In this document: positions 1-10,036 of the stretch, piece after piece
How positions within the stretch are numbered: the first letter of the stretch is position 1
Layout: each line of letters opens with the position of its first letter
The notes under the pieces: model-generated
Told to the model about the DNA's origin: nothing
What the model saw: the letters and a program-made list of their open reading frames with translations, nothing else
Database searches by the model: none
DNA from: Deinococcales bacterium
GTDB lineage: Bacteria > Deinococcota > Deinococci > Deinococcales > JAAFIG01
Assembly (NCBI GenBank): GCA_031414595.1
Contig: JANNVX010000032.1
Coordinates: forward strand, 1-64,000
Direction: 5' to 3'
Length of the DNA: 64,000 nucleotides
Translations under genes and position numbers: made by a program

Positions 1-138
1 ATCTTTGCTGATTTGGATGCTTTGGAAGATATTTTGTGTGACCGTTGTGCTTTTCTGATGCAGAATCCTGAACTGGTTCGTGGTCGGGCTGGTTTTAGCT
101 GGCTCGATGATTAAATACTATCTAAGTAAATTTGGTAT
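1..138 (+). mobile_element. Right end of an IS630-family insertion sequence (transposase C-terminus 1-114 plus putative terminal sequence)
   Basis: Frame +1 reads IFADLDALEDILCDRCAFLMQNPELVRGRAGFSWLDD*, resembling the IS630 transposase C-terminus. It is followed by ...AAATTTGGTAT (to 138), where the neighbouring gene appears cut off. Confidence 0.7.
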
Positions 139-528
139 GACCCGAATTTTCTTGTAGTCGGTCATGGTTTGCATAGCGGTGATTCCTGAGATTCGAGGAT
201 TGCCAAATAAATTAAAATCTGTCCAGAGTGTACAACCCAGAAATGTCACATCATCAATGGTTACAGCATCATTCTCGAGGACGTGAATGGTTGAATCTTG
301 AGTTTGGTTTTTAAGTTCAGTAATCAGTTTTGGGTAGGCTTTGGTGTAATACTCATGATTGCCAAGGATGTACAGCACAGGCTTGGTTGGAAAATGCAAT
401 CTTGCCCATTCGACACCTCTCAAACCAATGTCAGTATCGCCCGCCAGAATAATCACATCAGCATCGGTTTTTGGTGCTTCAAAAGGTGCAAACTCGAGAT
501 GTAAGTCTGACAAAATCAGTAATTTCAT
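118..528 (-). pseudogene. Calcineurin-like metallophosphoesterase, C-terminally truncated by the IS
   Basis: DLH, GD and GNHE motifs are present but the C-terminal His motifs are absent. The last residues IPNLLR* come from the IS end. Confidence 0.7.
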
Positions 529-1559
529 CCTCGAGCCGAATGCCCGTCTAGTGTAGCGGCACGGTGTCCTTCAAAAGCTGCGCCCATAGCAACATTTTCT
601 AAACTGACTTCTGGGAAAATCTCGGCGAATAGTACCCGAACACTTGCTAAACTTGAGACTTGGGTAATTTGTTGACGCACACGGTTTGCCCCAGCAAATC
701 CCTTGAAGTAATGCGGTAGCACGCCGCGCATTTGTCGCATTCCAGTTTGTTCGCCGTACCATTCGGCATTCAGTAAGCAGTGTCGGTAGGCAAGTTGCAC
801 AATTTCGGGTAACTCGAGACTATCTCCACCTAATACTTCTTGGAAAATCCACGGGCGACCAACTGCACCACGTCCAATCATGATGCCACTGGCTTTGTGT
901 TTGCGCTCATCAAACATGGTTTTAGAAACCACGTCGCCACTGCCAATCAGTGGAATGCTTAAGTGGCTCGAGACTTCCTCGATTTTGTCCCAGTCGGCTT
1001 GTCCAGAATAGGCTTGAGCGCGGGTGCGCCCATGTAAGGCAACACTGGCTGCGCCACCACTCTCGAGGGCTTTAGCGACTTCAATGGCGTTGTATTTATC
1101 CCAGCCCAAGCGAATTTTGGCACTGACAGGTACGGGGACAGCTTTATCTAAGGCAGCAATCACATCATGGGCAAGGTCTGGGGTTTGCAGTAAGCACGCG
1201 CCGCCACCGTTCTTGACAATTTTTGGTACGGGACAACCCATGTTGATGTCGAGCGCCACAGGCTTAAATTCTTCATATAACTTTGCGCCAGCTTCTGCCA
1301 TGATTTGTGGGTCTGAACCGAAGAGTTGAATAATCAAGTTTGGTTCACCCTCGTAAGGCTCACCAATTTCAAAACTTTTCTTGCCGTTCATGACCACGCC
1401 CATGCTCGAGACCATTTCCGTAACCGCCCAAGCTGCGCCGTACTCGCGGCAGAGTAAACGAAATGGTGCATCGGAAAAACCAGCCATTGGTGCGAGTACA
1501 GCCCCGCCAGACTTGAGTTGCGAGCGATGAAAATTTGGTTTTTGATTTAGGGCAATCAT
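525..1559 (-). CDS. dusB: tRNA-dihydrouridine synthase B
   Basis: LAPMAG, DINMGCP, HGRTRAQ.YSG.ADW and MIGRGA.GRPW motifs. Confidence 0.92.
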   Translation of the reverse strand: MIALNQKPNFHRSQLKSGGAVLAPMAGFSDAPFRLLCREYGAAWAVTEMVSSMGVVMNGKKSFEIGEPYEGEPNLIIQLFGSDPQIMAEAGAKLYEEFKPVALDINMGCPVPKIVKNGGGACLLQTPDLAHDVIAALDKAVPVPVSAKIRLGWDKYNAIEVAKALESGGAASVALHGRTRAQAYSGQADWDKIEEVSSHLSIPLIGSGDVVSKTMFDERKHKASGIMIGRGAVGRPWIFQEVLGGDSLELPEIVQLAYRHCLLNAEWYGEQTGMRQMRGVLPHYFKGFAGANRVRQQITQVSSLASVRVLFAEIFPEVSLENVAMGAAFEGHRAATLDGHSARG

Positions 1560-1793
1560 AACTTTAGAATTCTAGCAGAACAGTTGCAAAAGTTGAAAGC
1601 CAAAAGGCTTAGCAGCACTGAGTTTAAGAAAAATTATTAGCTCGAGAAGAGTGTAGTTTTGCCGTGCGAGATTATGTTTTTGGTGCATGTTTGACAAAAT
1701 TTTTTTTTTTTAAGTAGAATACTCATTATGATTTCATTGACCTCTAACAAAATACAAGCCATACTTGCCTTCCAAAACAAGAAAGGAGGTCTT

Positions 1794-4700
1794 ATGCACA
1801 TCCCCGCGCTTCTCGCTATCGCCCTGACCGCTTGCCCACAAGCACCCGTCCAAGAACAACAAATACAAGCTCGAGGCATGACAACACCAAAAGATATTAT
1901 GCTGCACGGAATAATCGCAGGGAGTTCATTCCAGAGTAACCAAGGCTTTACCCTGCAAAATGGCTCGAGTATCCATGCCAATACTGGTTTAGTTTTGAAC
2001 TCGAGAAACATTGTTTTGAATGGTGGTCAAGTCTCGAGTACCAGTGCTGCAAGTTGCTCAGATAATAGCGGACAAGGTTTTTGTTTGAATGGCAAACCAA
2101 AATTTGTAAATCCAATCGTCGTTGTTCCAAAACCAGATGTAAGTGCCTTAAAAGCCAAGTACACTGCCGTACCAGTGGTTACAGTCCAAGGTACGCTAAA
2201 CCTAAACTCGAGCAGTGAAATTACCAGTTTATTCGATAATAAAATTGTGCTGGTCAAAGGAAGCGTCAACCTAAACGCCATTGCAACGATTAAGAATGCT
2301 GTCTTGATGGTTGAACAAGACTTCAAAAGCAATAAAGGCATCACACTCGAGAATAGCCGAATTATTTCTAAAGGCGCTCAGTTTAACCAGACTACAGTGC
2401 TTAATAACTCAAGAATTGTTACGGATGAAGACCTGAGCTTTAATGGGAAAATTGAGAATACGGGGATTAGCAGTGTGGTCTCGAGTAAGAACTTAACCAC
2501 GAATCAAGGGGTGACAAGTACAAGTGGTGAATTAGCTGTTATTGCCAATCAGAACATCGTTACGAACCAAAGCTCGAGTGGCAAAATTGCACTTTGGGCT
2601 GGTGGGAATGTGACTTTGAATCAAGGCGGCAGTCTCGAGGGCAGTGTTGTGGCTGGTGGGAAGGTGGTGCTGAACCAGAGTGTAACACTTACTAAAGTCT
2701 TACAGCACTTAAATGGGGATATTTTGGGTGGCGGTAATGAATTTGCATCTGTTACAGCTACTTTGATTGATGGAGGAACAGTAGTTGGTCCTGATGGTGT
2801 AAGCATAACAGCTTTTGCTGGCTCATTAAAAGCACCTATTGAAATTACAATAGAAAAAATTTCAATAGATAGTCTGAGTCCTTTGCCTACCGATTTACCA
2901 AGGCAAGTTTCGCCTGTTTATCGAATCCGTCCTAGTCGTAGAACAGAATTTGTACCGCGTTCAAAGGGATTTAACATCAAAATCCCATACCGTGCAGATA
3001 TACCAGCAGGTCATATGGTCAGTTATGCTGCCTATATTCCAACAAAATATGATCTAAATTATCGCCAAGATATACCTTATTTGTGGGATTATTCAGAAAA
3101 AGAATATAAGCCTACTATTCCAGGAATTGAATTTGAAGTTAGTGAAATGTTTTATGAAGGTACTGCCTATGTTATTCTCGATCAAGTAAACCCACCTTTG
3201 CGACTAACCACTGCACAAGCAAGAATTCAACAAACTAACCCTGCACTTAAAGTTGAATGTGTAGATAGAAGTTTTTGTCCATCTGCAATACTTCAAACTG
3301 TTCTTGGACATACTAATTTTGCGTTCGAGAATTACGAATCGAGTATACAGCGTGCGCCAAGATTGCAAATCGTTCGTATACTTAGCTCGGCTGCCTGCAC
3401 AACCAACTATGGAGTAAAATTCTCTGGTGCATACAACTACACCGAGTTTCGTCTAACTCTTTGTATGTCAGAACGTACCACACCGTCTGGAACACGAGAA
3501 ATTATTTTTAAGGGCGGGATACTTGTACCACCACAAACACTTCGCGGTACGATTCGACACGAAGTATTTCATGCGATGCAAGGAGCGTTTTATAATACTG
3601 GTGTTGCAAATACTTCTGAATTTCGATGGTTTCAGGAAGCGACAGCAGAGGTTGCTATTGAATCGCTAGAAATGATGAAAGTTAGCCTTGATGGATTTGG
3701 AGCAAGGTCAATACTTCCTACACTTACGGCAACTGATATACCAGAACGAATACAATATCAAACACAAGACTTTTGGGCATTCATTGGTCGCAATAAGGCT
3801 CTTGGGTTAGAATTCTTGCGAAGCTATTTAGAAGAGTTTGAAGCATCATCAAATTTTAGCTTGGGGACAATTAGTAATTTAACGAAAACGACGCTTGGAT
3901 ATGTTAATGGTATCCGTGATGCTTACTGGGAATTTATTAAAAATCAGGCATATGAAAACGAAATTAGTTTACGTGGATACCCCAATTGTGCGCTTGACCC
4001 GTTCAAGACAATTCAATTTACAACAGGTTTTCGTCAAAAGCGTGAAATTACGGGAACAGACACTATTGGTGACGCTCCTATTGATGTTGAAAAACTAAGA
4101 TATACCGTTTCTAATGTAGTAAATGAAAGTACAACAGTAGGAATGACTCCTTTGTCTTCTAAGATTTTTGAAATCATAATTGATGGGCGAAAAAATGGAA
4201 CTCAGATCAAAATTGGAATCCCACAAGAGCAGTTAAATGCTGGTTTTCGAGCCAAGGTTTATAGAACTGTAAGCACAAGTGAAAATCGTGCAAGTACAGG
4301 TTGTATTACAAAACCAGACTTAAATGCAAAAGGCGAACTTTTTAAGGACGTTGTTTCAGAAGCATCATCTCGATTAGATAAGACTCGATTTATTGTGTTG
4401 TTATCAAATATTAATCCAAGTGCTAGTGGTGATGGGAAAATTTGGATTCAAGAAGTGGCTGCCAAAATAGAAGTTCCCTCGAGCATGGATTTGGTTGGTA
4501 ACGTCGGGGATACCCTTACCCAAAACCTAACCATTTCTAACCTTGGCAATCTTGATTCTACCCTCGAGTACAAGCAGTATTTTCTAAGCGCTAACGAAAT
4601 CACCCTACCCCCTAGAACCCCAGTCCCTACCCCACTTGCGGGTGCGACTGCTCGAGTGCAAAATGCTCCGACCATCTTGCCTTACCCCGACGAAGGCGAA

Positions 4701-7148
4701 CTAACGCCAGTAGGCGGGGATTTTCTTAGTCCACTGTCCTCGAGTCCAGATGATAGGAAATTAGTGGTGACTGATACTGTTCCTACGCCATCAGCGATGA
4801 TACCAGTTGAGTATAAATGCAATACAACTGGTACTTTTAATGCTCTAATCAATGTTGTCTATAAAACTGGTGCAACCGATGATAATGGTGTAGAAATTCA
4901 AGAAAAAGCAGTGGTCAATGTCAAAGTCGAATGTCTAAATCCAATCACTGGCGGCGGAGGTGGTGATGGTCTTGGTGGTAGTGGTGGCGAACCGTGGCTA
5001 CGGAGCTTTGATAACAACTTCTTTGGTTTTCATGGCGTTGGCGAATTTATTCTCTCACAAAACCCAAATAGTGGCATGAATGTCCAAGTTCGTTATGTTA
5101 AAGGTTCAGAATTCGATTTTTCTAATAATCAGGGTTTTGATCGTCAAGTCTCATTCAATGGCGCAGTTGCCTTAAAAGTAGGTTCTGACCGAATTGGTGT
5201 CTACGCTCAAAAAGGTAATTTCCCTTGTTGTGGCTTGGGTTATAAAGCTCAGGCTCAAGTGCGGCTGAATGGTCAGATTATCGCCCCACCCACAGGTAAT
5301 TCTAATAATTATGCACAGGTTCTTCCCGATGGCGGTGTGCTGAGTTGGTTTGACCACTGGGTTACTTTGATTTCACTAGACCGAGAAGAAATCGTGCAAG
5401 TCAATTTATTTGAAGGGCATGTTGGTTCTGTTTCAGTTCGAGTACCATCTAGTCGTCAAGGTGAATACCGTGGTTTGCTGGGTAATTTTGACGATAATCC
5501 AAGTAACGACTATCAAACCCGTAACGGTACTCCTTTTGCAATTCCACTTAGTAGTGATCAACTTTATCTCGAGTGGGGTGAAAGTTGGCGCTTAGAGCAA
5601 GACGAATCTTTATTTGATTATGAAGCTGGTCAGTACACCAGTTCATTTACAGACCGTAGTTTTCCAACCAACACTGTGACCTTGGATAATTTAACTCCTC
5701 AAGCCCGTACCTTTGGAGAAACAGCTTGTAGAGCAGCAAATATAGTAGACCCTCGAGCTTTCAAAGCCTGTACATTGGATGTTGGTTTAACTGGTAATGC
5801 TGGTTGGGCAAACATTGCCAAAGGATTGGACCCTGGTTCTAGGCGTTTAATTGTGGCACCCATGAACACCAGTGTTGTGGTGGGTGAACGGGTGACACTC
5901 AGTGCCGACTTGTTTGGTGATTTAACTTCTAAAGATTTAATTTGGAATACCAGTGGTGGTCGTATTGAATTGACTGCTGGTAACTCTAAACGGGTTGAGT
6001 TTGTTGCCCCAATGCAAACAGGTTTGTACACCGTTGAGGTTCGTAGTATTGCTGACCCTAGTTTAACGGGTTCTATTATCATGCAAGTCAATCAGATTGT
6101 ACCGCCAATTGTTCAACGTTTAGCTGTAGGTGAGAATTTTAATGTGCTGGTCAATTCCGATGGGACAGTCAGTACATGGGGTTTAGAAATTACGAATTCT
6201 TCTTATTTCAGAAATTGTTCTGCTCGAGCTAGTCCTCTGGTGGTCGGGGCAGATCAGATTCAAAGTGTTTCCGCAGGTTCAAATTATGTGGTTGCTTTGC
6301 GCCAAGGGCAAATTATGGCTTGGGGTAGCTTAACAGCAGCTATTGCAGAATATGGCAATGTGCCTAAAGAACCAACCATCATTGCCAGTTTTAATGACTG
6401 GGTAGGTGTATCGGCTGCTTCGATTTCTGGATTTTCAGAGTCGCTGGTTTCGGTAAAACGAGATGGCACAGCTTGGGTTTGGTTACGGGTCTACCAAGGC
6501 TTTTATAACTATATTTTGAAACCATTTTTGATTCAGGGTATTTCTGATGTGACTGCTTTGAGTGGGGGGCTGTTACTTAAACGAGATGGTACGGTATGGG
6601 CAACCGTGGTGACTGGAAATGAAGGTGCTTATTCGGTACAGGCAAGACAAATCAGTGGTTTGGACAATGTTGTACAAGTTGTTTCTAGTGGGGATGCTTC
6701 CCGACTATCAAACGGGTATGGTCATCACTTAGCGCTGAAGTCCGATGGTTCTGTTTGGGCTTGGGGAAGTAATTTTTATGGTGAATTGGGATTAGGTTTC
6801 TCCTCGTTTTTTGAAGCACAACCCCAACGGATTACTGGGCTTGTGGGGGTAAAACAAATTCGGGTGAGCAAAAATAATTCATTTGCCATTACCAATGATG
6901 GTTCATTGTGGATTTGGGGTCAAAACACATCGAACTTCCCCTCGGATTCCTTCGATTCTTTAAGCCTTCCGACCCGCTTGGATGGAATGGATCAAATTGT
7001 GGATATTCAGGGGTTTCGATCTCATTTGATGCTGTTGAAGTCCAATCGTTCTTTGCATGGCTGGGGCTTTAATAGTTATCAACAAGTTGCTTGTAGTTCT
7101 GATACAACTATTCCTTTTCCTAGCCTCATTCTTGGGATAACTTGGTGA
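1794..7148 (+). CDS. Large multidomain surface lipoprotein (beta-solenoid-like N-terminus, HExxH metallopeptidase-like region, VWD domain, Ig-like module, RCC1 repeats)
   Basis: AGGAGG before ATG 1794; lipobox LTAC; HEVFH...WFQEATA; GEPWLRSFD...GLLGNFD (VWD); HLALKSDGSVWAWGSN.YGELG (RCC1). Confidence 0.8.
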   Translation: MHIPALLAIALTACPQAPVQEQQIQARGMTTPKDIMLHGIIAGSSFQSNQGFTLQNGSSIHANTGLVLNSRNIVLNGGQVSSTSAASCSDNSGQGFCLNGKPKFVNPIVVVPKPDVSALKAKYTAVPVVTVQGTLNLNSSSEITSLFDNKIVLVKGSVNLNAIATIKNAVLMVEQDFKSNKGITLENSRIISKGAQFNQTTVLNNSRIVTDEDLSFNGKIENTGISSVVSSKNLTTNQGVTSTSGELAVIANQNIVTNQSSSGKIALWAGGNVTLNQGGSLEGSVVAGGKVVLNQSVTLTKVLQHLNGDILGGGNEFASVTATLIDGGTVVGPDGVSITAFAGSLKAPIEITIEKISIDSLSPLPTDLPRQVSPVYRIRPSRRTEFVPRSKGFNIKIPYRADIPAGHMVSYAAYIPTKYDLNYRQDIPYLWDYSEKEYKPTIPGIEFEVSEMFYEGTAYVILDQVNPPLRLTTAQARIQQTNPALKVECVDRSFCPSAILQTVLGHTNFAFENYESSIQRAPRLQIVRILSSAACTTNYGVKFSGAYNYTEFRLTLCMSERTTPSGTREIIFKGGILVPPQTLRGTIRHEVFHAMQGAFYNTGVANTSEFRWFQEATAEVAIESLEMMKVSLDGFGARSILPTLTATDIPERIQYQTQDFWAFIGRNKALGLEFLRSYLEEFEASSNFSLGTISNLTKTTLGYVNGIRDAYWEFIKNQAYENEISLRGYPNCALDPFKTIQFTTGFRQKREITGTDTIGDAPIDVEKLRYTVSNVVNESTTVGMTPLSSKIFEIIIDGRKNGTQIKIGIPQEQLNAGFRAKVYRTVSTSENRASTGCITKPDLNAKGELFKDVVSEASSRLDKTRFIVLLSNINPSASGDGKIWIQEVAAKIEVPSSMDLVGNVGDTLTQNLTISNLGNLDSTLEYKQYFLSANEITLPPRTPVPTPLAGATARVQNAPTILPYPDEGELTPVGGDFLSPLSSSPDDRKLVVTDTVPTPSAMIPVEYKCNTTGTFNALINVVYKTGATDDNGVEIQEKAVVNVKVECLNPITGGGGGDGLGGSGGEPWLRSFDNNFFGFHGVGEFILSQNPNSGMNVQVRYVKGSEFDFSNNQGFDRQVSFNGAVALKVGSDRIGVYAQKGNFPCCGLGYKAQAQVRLNGQIIAPPTGNSNNYAQVLPDGGVLSWFDHWVTLISLDREEIVQVNLFEGHVGSVSVRVPSSRQGEYRGLLGNFDDNPSNDYQTRNGTPFAIPLSSDQLYLEWGESWRLEQDESLFDYEAGQYTSSFTDRSFPTNTVTLDNLTPQARTFGETACRAANIVDPRAFKACTLDVGLTGNAGWANIAKGLDPGSRRLIVAPMNTSVVVGERVTLSADLFGDLTSKDLIWNTSGGRIELTAGNSKRVEFVAPMQTGLYTVEVRSIADPSLTGSIIMQVNQIVPPIVQRLAVGENFNVLVNSDGTVSTWGLEITNSSYFRNCSARASPLVVGADQIQSVSAGSNYVVALRQGQIMAWGSLTAAIAEYGNVPKEPTIIASFNDWVGVSAASISGFSESLVSVKRDGTAWVWLRVYQGFYNYILKPFLIQGISDVTALSGGLLLKRDGTVWATVVTGNEGAYSVQARQISGLDNVVQVVSSGDASRLSNGYGHHLALKSDGSVWAWGSNFYGELGLGFSSFFEAQPQRITGLVGVKQIRVSKNNSFAITNDGSLWIWGQNTSNFPSDSFDSLSLPTRLDGMDQIVDIQGFRSHLMLLKSNRSLHGWGFNSYQQVACSSDTTIPFPSLILGITW

Positions 7149-7152
7149 GATC

Positions 7153-7236
7153 ATGATTTCAGTTCTGATTCCAGCCGCAGGAAGCGGCGAACGCCTCGGC
7201 TTAGGCGCTAAAGCATTAGGCAGTATTTATGATTAA
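7153..7236 (+). pseudogene. ispD: 5' remnant (27 codons) of an ispD-like cytidylyltransferase
   Basis: Translates MISVLIPAAGSGERLGLGAKALGSIYD*, the IspD N-terminal nucleotide-binding motif, then stops. Confidence 0.6.
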
Positions 7237-7579
7237 GTCTGAGCATCCAGCAGGTGAACCAATCGCCTTTAAGCTCTTGCAAGGCTTTTTGTGGCATCCT
7301 AAAACCCTCGAGACAGTCACACTACCCACCGAATTACCTTCAGGGGCGCTGATTGTCATGGACACGATAGAAGCACCGTTTGCGTTCTTTGAAGATGGCA
7401 CTTGGACAGGGACTCAGGTCTTTTATCAACTGACGATTCTCGAGATTTTTGATGATTGGCTCGAGAATTCGGTGATTGCGGCTAGGGCAGTGCTTGCTTC
7501 AAACGAACTTACACCAATTCTTAATGCCACGCCAGTTGGTGTGGGTTGGAGTTTATCCGAAGATTTACGTCCAGCTTAG
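7229..7579 (+). CDS. DUF3208-like Deinococcota protein
   Basis: KLLQGFLWHP...APFAFFEDGT...QVFYQLT motif pattern. Confidence 0.7.
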   Translation: MIKSEHPAGEPIAFKLLQGFLWHPKTLETVTLPTELPSGALIVMDTIEAPFAFFEDGTWTGTQVFYQLTILEIFDDWLENSVIAARAVLASNELTPILNATPVGVGWSLSEDLRPA

Positions 7580-7616
7580 GTTGAAGCTCTACCCTCAGCT
7601 TAGGTTGAAGCTCTAC
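7572..7616. repeat. Tandem duplication (24-bp period) of a convergent stop-codon junction
   Basis: CAGCTTAGGTTGAAGCTCTAC at 7572 and 7596. Confidence 0.9.
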
Positions 7617-8013
7617 TTTCTTTTTGTCGGGCTTCAACAATTTCTCTGGTCGGGACTCGAGTCCAAACGTACCAAATGCCAATGCAGCCAAGCACAACCG
7701 TACCGATTTTTGCGACCAGTGGTGGGGCGATGATTGCGCTGATGGTACAAGAAGTGGCAATCATACAAAGCACCAAAATTTTGGTGCGGCGTTTCATGCC
7801 CAGTCCAGTGCGGTAATCTTTGACCATTTGCCCGATGACAGGTAGGTTCAAAACCCATGTTTCAAAGCGTGGACTCGAGCGGGCAAAACAAGCCGCCGCC
7901 GCCACAAAAAACACTGTTCCAGGCATAACGGGTAAGTAATAGCCAATAAAACCCAAAACCACGCAAACCCATCCAGCCGCGAACCATAACCAACGAGTGG
8001 GTGAGTTAGTCAT
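7600..8013 (-). CDS. YbaN/DUF454 inner membrane protein
   Basis: LG.IG..LPVMPGT.F...AA.CFARSSPRF..W motif. Confidence 0.85.
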   Translation of the reverse strand: MTNSPTRWLWFAAGWVCVVLGFIGYYLPVMPGTVFFVAAAACFARSSPRFETWVLNLPVIGQMVKDYRTGLGMKRRTKILVLCMIATSCTISAIIAPPLVAKIGTVVLGCIGIWYVWTRVPTREIVEARQKESRAST

Positions 8014-8052
8014 TGGCTTAGCTTTTCCCTTTCCGGTTGGATAAACGTCCCA

Positions 8053-8676
8053 TTATGGGTTTTGTGGGTCTGGTCGTTGTGGCATAAAAAACCACCGCTG
8101 CATACCTTCGGTGTAACCATTGCGAATTTCTGCGTAACGATTGCCGTTGCGTTTGGTAAAATAGGCAGTCAAGACATTCCAACCCTTTTGAAATTTCACA
8201 TCTGAAACTTGTCGTCCTTCGCCAAAAATACAATCTTCTTTGATAAAACCTGTTCGATTGGCATAAAACCAAGCGGTTAATTTCAGGTCGCCTTGGTCAA
8301 TTGCAGCTTCAAAATCGTTATTTGGAATTCGCCGACTGGTGTGCATCATTTGTCCAATTACTCCAGAGTCATCCTTTACAATCACCGAGGCAATCGTTCC
8401 TAGTCGTAAACCAGCCGTTGCATCGCCACACGAATCATCAACTATTGGAGGCGATAGGGCATCTTCGGATAGCGTTTGAGGCAATTCAAAACTAAATTTT
8501 TTGTTTGCACCTATAGAACCTGCTTTTAGGGCAGTCTCGAGGTCATTAAAACCATCTAAGCCAACGTATAAATCTGCCGCGCCTCCTCGGTAATCTAGGG
8601 CTTTACCTTTCCAAACCAAATTATCTGCCAGTACCGAGATTGCAAAAATCAAGATTAAGAATATCGCTCGAATCAT
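8053..8676 (-). CDS. Secreted hypothetical protein
   Basis: N-terminal signal peptide; KGWN motif near C-terminus. Confidence 0.65.
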   Translation of the reverse strand: MIRAIFLILIFAISVLADNLVWKGKALDYRGGAADLYVGLDGFNDLETALKAGSIGANKKFSFELPQTLSEDALSPPIVDDSCGDATAGLRLGTIASVIVKDDSGVIGQMMHTSRRIPNNDFEAAIDQGDLKLTAWFYANRTGFIKEDCIFGEGRQVSDVKFQKGWNVLTAYFTKRNGNRYAEIRNGYTEGMQRWFFMPQRPDPQNP

Positions 8677-8699
8677 ACAAACAGATTACAATAGTTTTT

Positions 8700-9998
8700 A
8701 TGTTTGATTTGATTATTCGGGCTAAAAACATCCAGATTGGAATTGAGTCTGGTAAAATCGTCGGTCTCGAGGCTGAAATAACCAGCCCTAGCAAGTCTGA
8801 ACTTAATTTTCTCGAGCTTGATGCAGTTCCAGCCGTAATTGATACCCATGTCCATTTTAACGAACCCGGAAACGAAGATTGGGAGGGCATTCAAACTGGC
8901 TCGAGTGCCTTAGCGGTCGGTGGCGGAACGGTTTTTATTGACATGCCACTCAATTCGATTCCAGTCACCACAACCAAAGCAGCCCTAACTACCAAACTCG
9001 AGTGCTTAGCCCAAAAATCCATCACTGATTATGCAGTCTGGGGTGGTTTAACCCCCGATAGTTTGCCACATCTCGAGGCAATGGCAATGGCTGGTGTGAT
9101 TGGCTTTAAGGCATTTATGAGCGGCAGTGGATTGCCAGAATTTGAACGTTCTGACGAAGAAACGTTACTCGAGGGTATGCAAATTGCGGCAGCCTTGGGC
9201 TTACCTGTAGCGGTTCATGCCGAATCTGAGCGCATCACCAGTGCCTTGAGTAAAGCTGCCAAAGTGATGGGTAAAACAGGCATCCGAGATTACTTGGATT
9301 CACGTCCGATAGAAGCCGAACTCGAGGCGATCAAAAGTGCAATTGCAATTGCTGAACAGACCAATTGTGCGCTTCACATCGTCCATATCTCAAGTGCGGC
9401 GGGTGTAGAGCTTATAACCGAAGCCAAAGCCAGAGGTGTGAATGTCACCGCCGAAACATGCCCGCATTATTTGTGGTTTTCTGAATCCGACCTAGAACGC
9501 CTTGGGGCGGTGCTAAAATGTGCGCCTCCTGTTCGCAGGGCTGAAGAACTCGAGCAGCTTTGGGGCGTGTTTGAACAAATTGATATTCTTGGTTCTGACC
9601 ACTCGCCTGCCCCGCCGAGCATGAAAACTGATTTGGATTTTTTTAAGATTTGGGGCGGTATTTCCGGGGTGCAAAGTACCTTAGAGGTGATGATGACTGC
9701 TTCTCAGGCTCGAGGCATCCCACTGGCAGCCTTGCATCAAAAACTCAGTGCTAACCCTGCCAAGCGCTTTGGTTTACAAAACAAAGGGCAACTTGCAATC
9801 GGATTTGATGCCGACATTGCCTTGGTTCAGACAATACCGTACACCCTCGAGAAAACCGATTTGCACTACCGCCATGCACAAAGCCCGTACCTTGGAGCAA
9901 GTCTTTCGGCTCGAGTCAAGCGGACTTTTTTGCGTGGCAATACAATTTGGGACGGTCAGCAACTTCATAGAGTCCAAGTAAGTTTTTTGCGACCCTGA
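8700..9998 (+). CDS. allB: Allantoinase (amidohydrolase)
   Basis: DTHVHFNEPG, DMPLNSIP, GFKAF, ETCPHYL, SDHSP and WGGISG motifs; start moved to ATG 8700. Confidence 0.85.
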   Translation: MFDLIIRAKNIQIGIESGKIVGLEAEITSPSKSELNFLELDAVPAVIDTHVHFNEPGNEDWEGIQTGSSALAVGGGTVFIDMPLNSIPVTTTKAALTTKLECLAQKSITDYAVWGGLTPDSLPHLEAMAMAGVIGFKAFMSGSGLPEFERSDEETLLEGMQIAAALGLPVAVHAESERITSALSKAAKVMGKTGIRDYLDSRPIEAELEAIKSAIAIAEQTNCALHIVHISSAAGVELITEAKARGVNVTAETCPHYLWFSESDLERLGAVLKCAPPVRRAEELEQLWGVFEQIDILGSDHSPAPPSMKTDLDFFKIWGGISGVQSTLEVMMTASQARGIPLAALHQKLSANPAKRFGLQNKGQLAIGFDADIALVQTIPYTLEKTDLHYRHAQSPYLGASLSARVKRTFLRGNTIWDGQQLHRVQVSFLRP

Positions 9999-10036
9999 AC
10001 AATGTTTTTGTGGTCAAAACCGATTACAATTGACTT

